A stretch of DNA of 64,000 bases, taken from Polymyxa betae A26-41. Its lineage: Eukaryota > Protista > Endomyxa: Phytomyxea. The position numbers and the translations under genes were made by a program. Positions 61,455 to 64,000 of the stretch are shown piece by piece. Under the pieces are notes generated by a model, which saw only the letters and a program-made list of their open reading frames with translations, made no database searches and was not told where the DNA came from. The stretch covers positions 1 to 64,000 of the forward strand of contig RBZT01000323.1 of NCBI GenBank assembly GCA_003693705.1, given 5' to 3'. Position 1 is the first letter of the stretch, and each line of letters starts with the position of its first letter.

Positions 61455-64000
61455 TTAATCAGATCCCGCAGAGAAGTTTGATCCAGGAAATCCTGATCGA
61501 GATCTTAGTATGGTTTCACTTGGTGTGAGAGGGCGACTCTCGTTGGATTCATTCATCGATGCAGGAAAAACGGGGGTTCCCCATTTCGACCGTCTTTTTG
61601 GTTGAGCTGAAGATAGAGCAGAAGGAAGCTGAGATTCACTTACGAATCGCTCCAGTATGTCGTCATCAGATAAACCCTGATAATTCAACCCCTGATAATT
61701 CTTCTCTGAAACAGAAGCGGGTACGTCAACAAACTCAGATTTAACAGGCAACTGATGTTCAGAGTCCGACTCGACAGGAAGCCAGCTCGACACATTCGGC
61801 AACAACTGTTGGAAATCCTCCACGATTCCTTCTGGTTCTACAATCCTCTTCTGTAGCCTTTGACGCTGCTCTGCAATATATTGACGCAGCTCCCCGGAAT
61901 CAAGAGCTAATTTGTCTCGAATTTGACGAAGAGGTTGAATACATTCGGCTTCAGTCTGTTTCCAATCCAGATTATCTCTTACAGTGACGCTTGTTCTAAC
62001 TGGAGAATGCTGTCGGGGAATGTCTTCAGATTTCTTTCTCGCGGGGGATTTCGATTGTGGGGAATTGTGATTTCTTGGATCGTTTGGCTCATCGTTCCTG
62101 CATTCTCCGGTTTTGCCTAGTTTTGACGGTTCATTCCTGACAGAGCTGTTCATCTCTTCAATCTGCTTTAAAAGCCGATTATCGTCTTCCAGATTTTCCT
62201 GCTGTTCTTTCAGTTTCCGCTGCTCTTCCCGTCTCCGTTGCTCTTCCATCTGCTTTTGTAGTTCTTCGCCAAGTTGCCTTCGTTGCACCTTTTGAGCAAT
62301 CGCCGCTTTCAAAGGATCATGATTGAAAATGTCTCCAGTAGATCGGGTTCCAGTATCATCGAGACCATCTTCTGACGCCGATGCCAATAGGCCTTCAGAA
62401 ACCCTCGAGCAGGGACGCCAAATTATCCCTCTCTGGGACGGAGATGAACTCCTAATGGGATTTGCTTTGCTTCCGTCGCCTTCACTTTGTTCGCGCCTTC
62501 TGTCTTCTTCATCCTGCTTGGCTTTATCGAGCGATTCTCTCTGTTTGCGTTCCAACATCTGAAAATGCAGTGCTTCAGCGTATTCTCTTTGTCTTTGTCG
62601 AATGATCTCCGGCGATTCAATTTGCTCTCCAAGTGGAAAACCACTTCGATTGGGAGTTTTGACAAAACTAGCAGCAAGACGTGGGTATTGATTTCGTACA
62701 CGATCAACTGTATGACTAGGACGCTCTTGCATTTGACGTTGCAGAGCCTCAGCGTAGTCTCGCTGTCTTTGACGAATAACTTCTGGCGTCTGTATCTTCT
62801 CTCCAATCGGAAGAGCACTCCGAAAAGGAGATTCAGAGGACCGAACAGGAAATGGAGATTTGCTGGCTTGCTCTGACCAATCGTCTTGCCCACTTTTCCG
62901 ACGTTCCCTTATCTGACTCTCCAAAGCTTGAGCGTACTCTCTTTGCCTTTGACGGATGACCTCTGGCGTTTCTACCGTTTCTCCAGTTGGAAGAGCACTT
63001 CGATAAGGGGATTCAGAAGACCAATGAGCAAGCCGAGAGCCCTGCTTACTTAAAGGATGAGGTGACGAGAGCTTGGAGCGCTCCCGCATTTGAAGTTTTA
63101 ACGCTTCTGCATACTCACTTTGCCTTTGGCGAAGAGCTTCTGGCGTTTCAGAGTTCTCTCCAATGGGAATAGCGTTTCGATAAGGAAATTCAGAGGATCG
63201 GGAAACCAGAGGAGACCTGCTTCTTTGATCTGATGAGCAGTCTAATGAACGCCTAGAACGACGCTTTTCATTGTCAATCTCGTAAAACGGGGATCCCAAA
63301 TCGGCTCCCCTGGAGAGAAGTTTATCTGAAGATTTTCTTCTTTGATGCTCTTGAATCTGATGCCGTAGGGCGCTGTTCAAGTCAATCTGCGATTTCCTTC
63401 GACGGCTTATTTCCTTTTCTGGATCCCGGTCTAAAGCTGTGATGGATACAGACGGCATGAAGGATGTTCCAGGTTCAGGTGAGCGCAAGCGCTGTGGCGT
63501 TCGACAAGAATGAAACGGAATGCTGGTCGAAGTGGAAGGATCCTGTGACATGGAAATTTGAGCCATCCTCTCTTGAATGGTCTTTTCACGCATCTGCTGC
63601 TGAAGAATGCTGCTCATCTCCAGCTGCATCTTCTTTCGGCGTTGTTTTTCAGCAACAGGATCAATCGATGGAAGTATGCTGCATGTAGAACAAGAAGACA
63701 ACGCTGTCGACGATAGCGAATGGGGTCCGTTTTCAGCGGAATTTCGATTTTCGCTCATTGGGGGCCTCAGCTCGTTTCGCTGTCCTATCCGTTCTTGTTC
63801 GATTCTTCTCTGTTTTTCCAATATTTGCTCTTCTAACAGTTTGCGTGTCGTTTGCTTCATTTGCCGACGACGAGAGGCCTCGCTAACTGGATCTTTGCCT
63901 ATCATCAACGATTCTCCATGCTGCGTTTCATCAGCAGCATTACTTCTTGAGCAAGGCTGTTCATGCTTCTCTGTAGATGACGCACTAGAGCTCTGTAGAG
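61455..64000 (-). CDS. CSPP1/CCDC66-like coiled-coil repeat protein (5' end beyond the window)
   Basis: Frame open to the window edge; repeated QRQREYAEALxxQMxER helices. Confidence 0.7.
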   Translation of the reverse strand, partial: LQSSSASSTEKHEQPCSRSNAADETQHGESLMIGKDPVSEASRRRQMKQTTRKLLEEQILEKQRRIEQERIGQRNELRPPMSENRNSAENGPHSLSSTALSSCSTCSILPSIDPVAEKQRRKKMQLEMSSILQQQMREKTIQERMAQISMSQDPSTSTSIPFHSCRTPQRLRSPEPGTSFMPSVSITALDRDPEKEISRRRKSQIDLNSALRHQIQEHQRRKSSDKLLSRGADLGSPFYEIDNEKRRSRRSLDCSSDQRSRSPLVSRSSEFPYRNAIPIGENSETPEALRQRQSEYAEALKLQMRERSKLSSPHPLSKQGSRLAHWSSESPYRSALPTGETVETPEVIRQRQREYAQALESQIRERRKSGQDDWSEQASKSPFPVRSSESPFRSALPIGEKIQTPEVIRQRQRDYAEALQRQMQERPSHTVDRVRNQYPRLAASFVKTPNRSGFPLGEQIESPEIIRQRQREYAEALHFQMLERKQRESLDKAKQDEEDRRREQSEGDGSKANPIRSSSPSQRGIIWRPCSRVSEGLLASASEDGLDDTGTRSTGDIFNHDPLKAAIAQKVQRRQLGEELQKQMEEQRRREEQRKLKEQQENLEDDNRLLKQIEEMNSSVRNEPSKLGKTGECRNDEPNDPRNHNSPQSKSPARKKSEDIPRQHSPVRTSVTVRDNLDWKQTEAECIQPLRQIRDKLALDSGELRQYIAEQRQRLQKRIVEPEGIVEDFQQLLPNVSSWLPVESDSEHQLPVKSEFVDVPASVSEKNYQGLNYQGLSDDDILERFVSESQLPSALSSAQPKRRSKWGTPVFPASMNESNESRPLTPSETILRSRSGFPGSNFSAGSD
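62540..63200 (-). repeat. Four coding tandem repeats, period ~177 bp (~59 aa)
   Basis: SSESP(Y/F)RSALP(I/T)GE...TPEVIRQRQREYAEAL repeated four times. Confidence 0.9.

Overview
Gene-dense eukaryotic (protist) chromosomal DNA with many short (~50-60 nt) GT-AG introns and very short intergenic spacers. Gene content (mitochondrial-type HCF101, flagellar TTC12, a PTD/SPO16-like meiotic gene, small secreted proteins, a TTTTAGGG-type telomeric motif) suggests a plasmodiophorid/Phytomyxea genome; this is inference, not a database hit. The first ~6 kb is an accessory zone: a divergent kinase, a duplicated exon/intron fragment, and a non-autonomous hAT-like DNA transposon. Nested in that transposon is a three-LTR miniature retroelement with 100-bp LTRs, a PPT and an 11-nt PBS complementary to its own LTR (Tf1-like self-priming); it carries a decayed zinc-finger gene fragment. 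From 6.8 kb onward the window is mostly housekeeping genes: RNASEH2B, HCF101, BUB2, a MARCH E3, RMND5, CDK11, a MAPK, LMBRD1, RPA12, LETM1, TMEM147, MIC60, a WD40 protein, Ub-RPS27a, a hormone-sensitive lipase, LanCL, TTC12, URM1, an LRR protein, a PTD/SPO16-like gene and a CSPP1/CCDC66-like gene. Top leads: (1) a structured intergenic locus at ~7.92-8.29 kb with a telomere-template-like AAAACCCTAAAACCCT enclosed by long-range helices (candidate telomerase RNA); (2) the self-priming TRIM; (3) an MLO-voltage-sensor fusion; (4) a cluster of three related secreted proteins; (5) two intron-bearing genes that look prokaryote/phage-derived. Multi-exon CDS limits were spliced by eye and are approximate.
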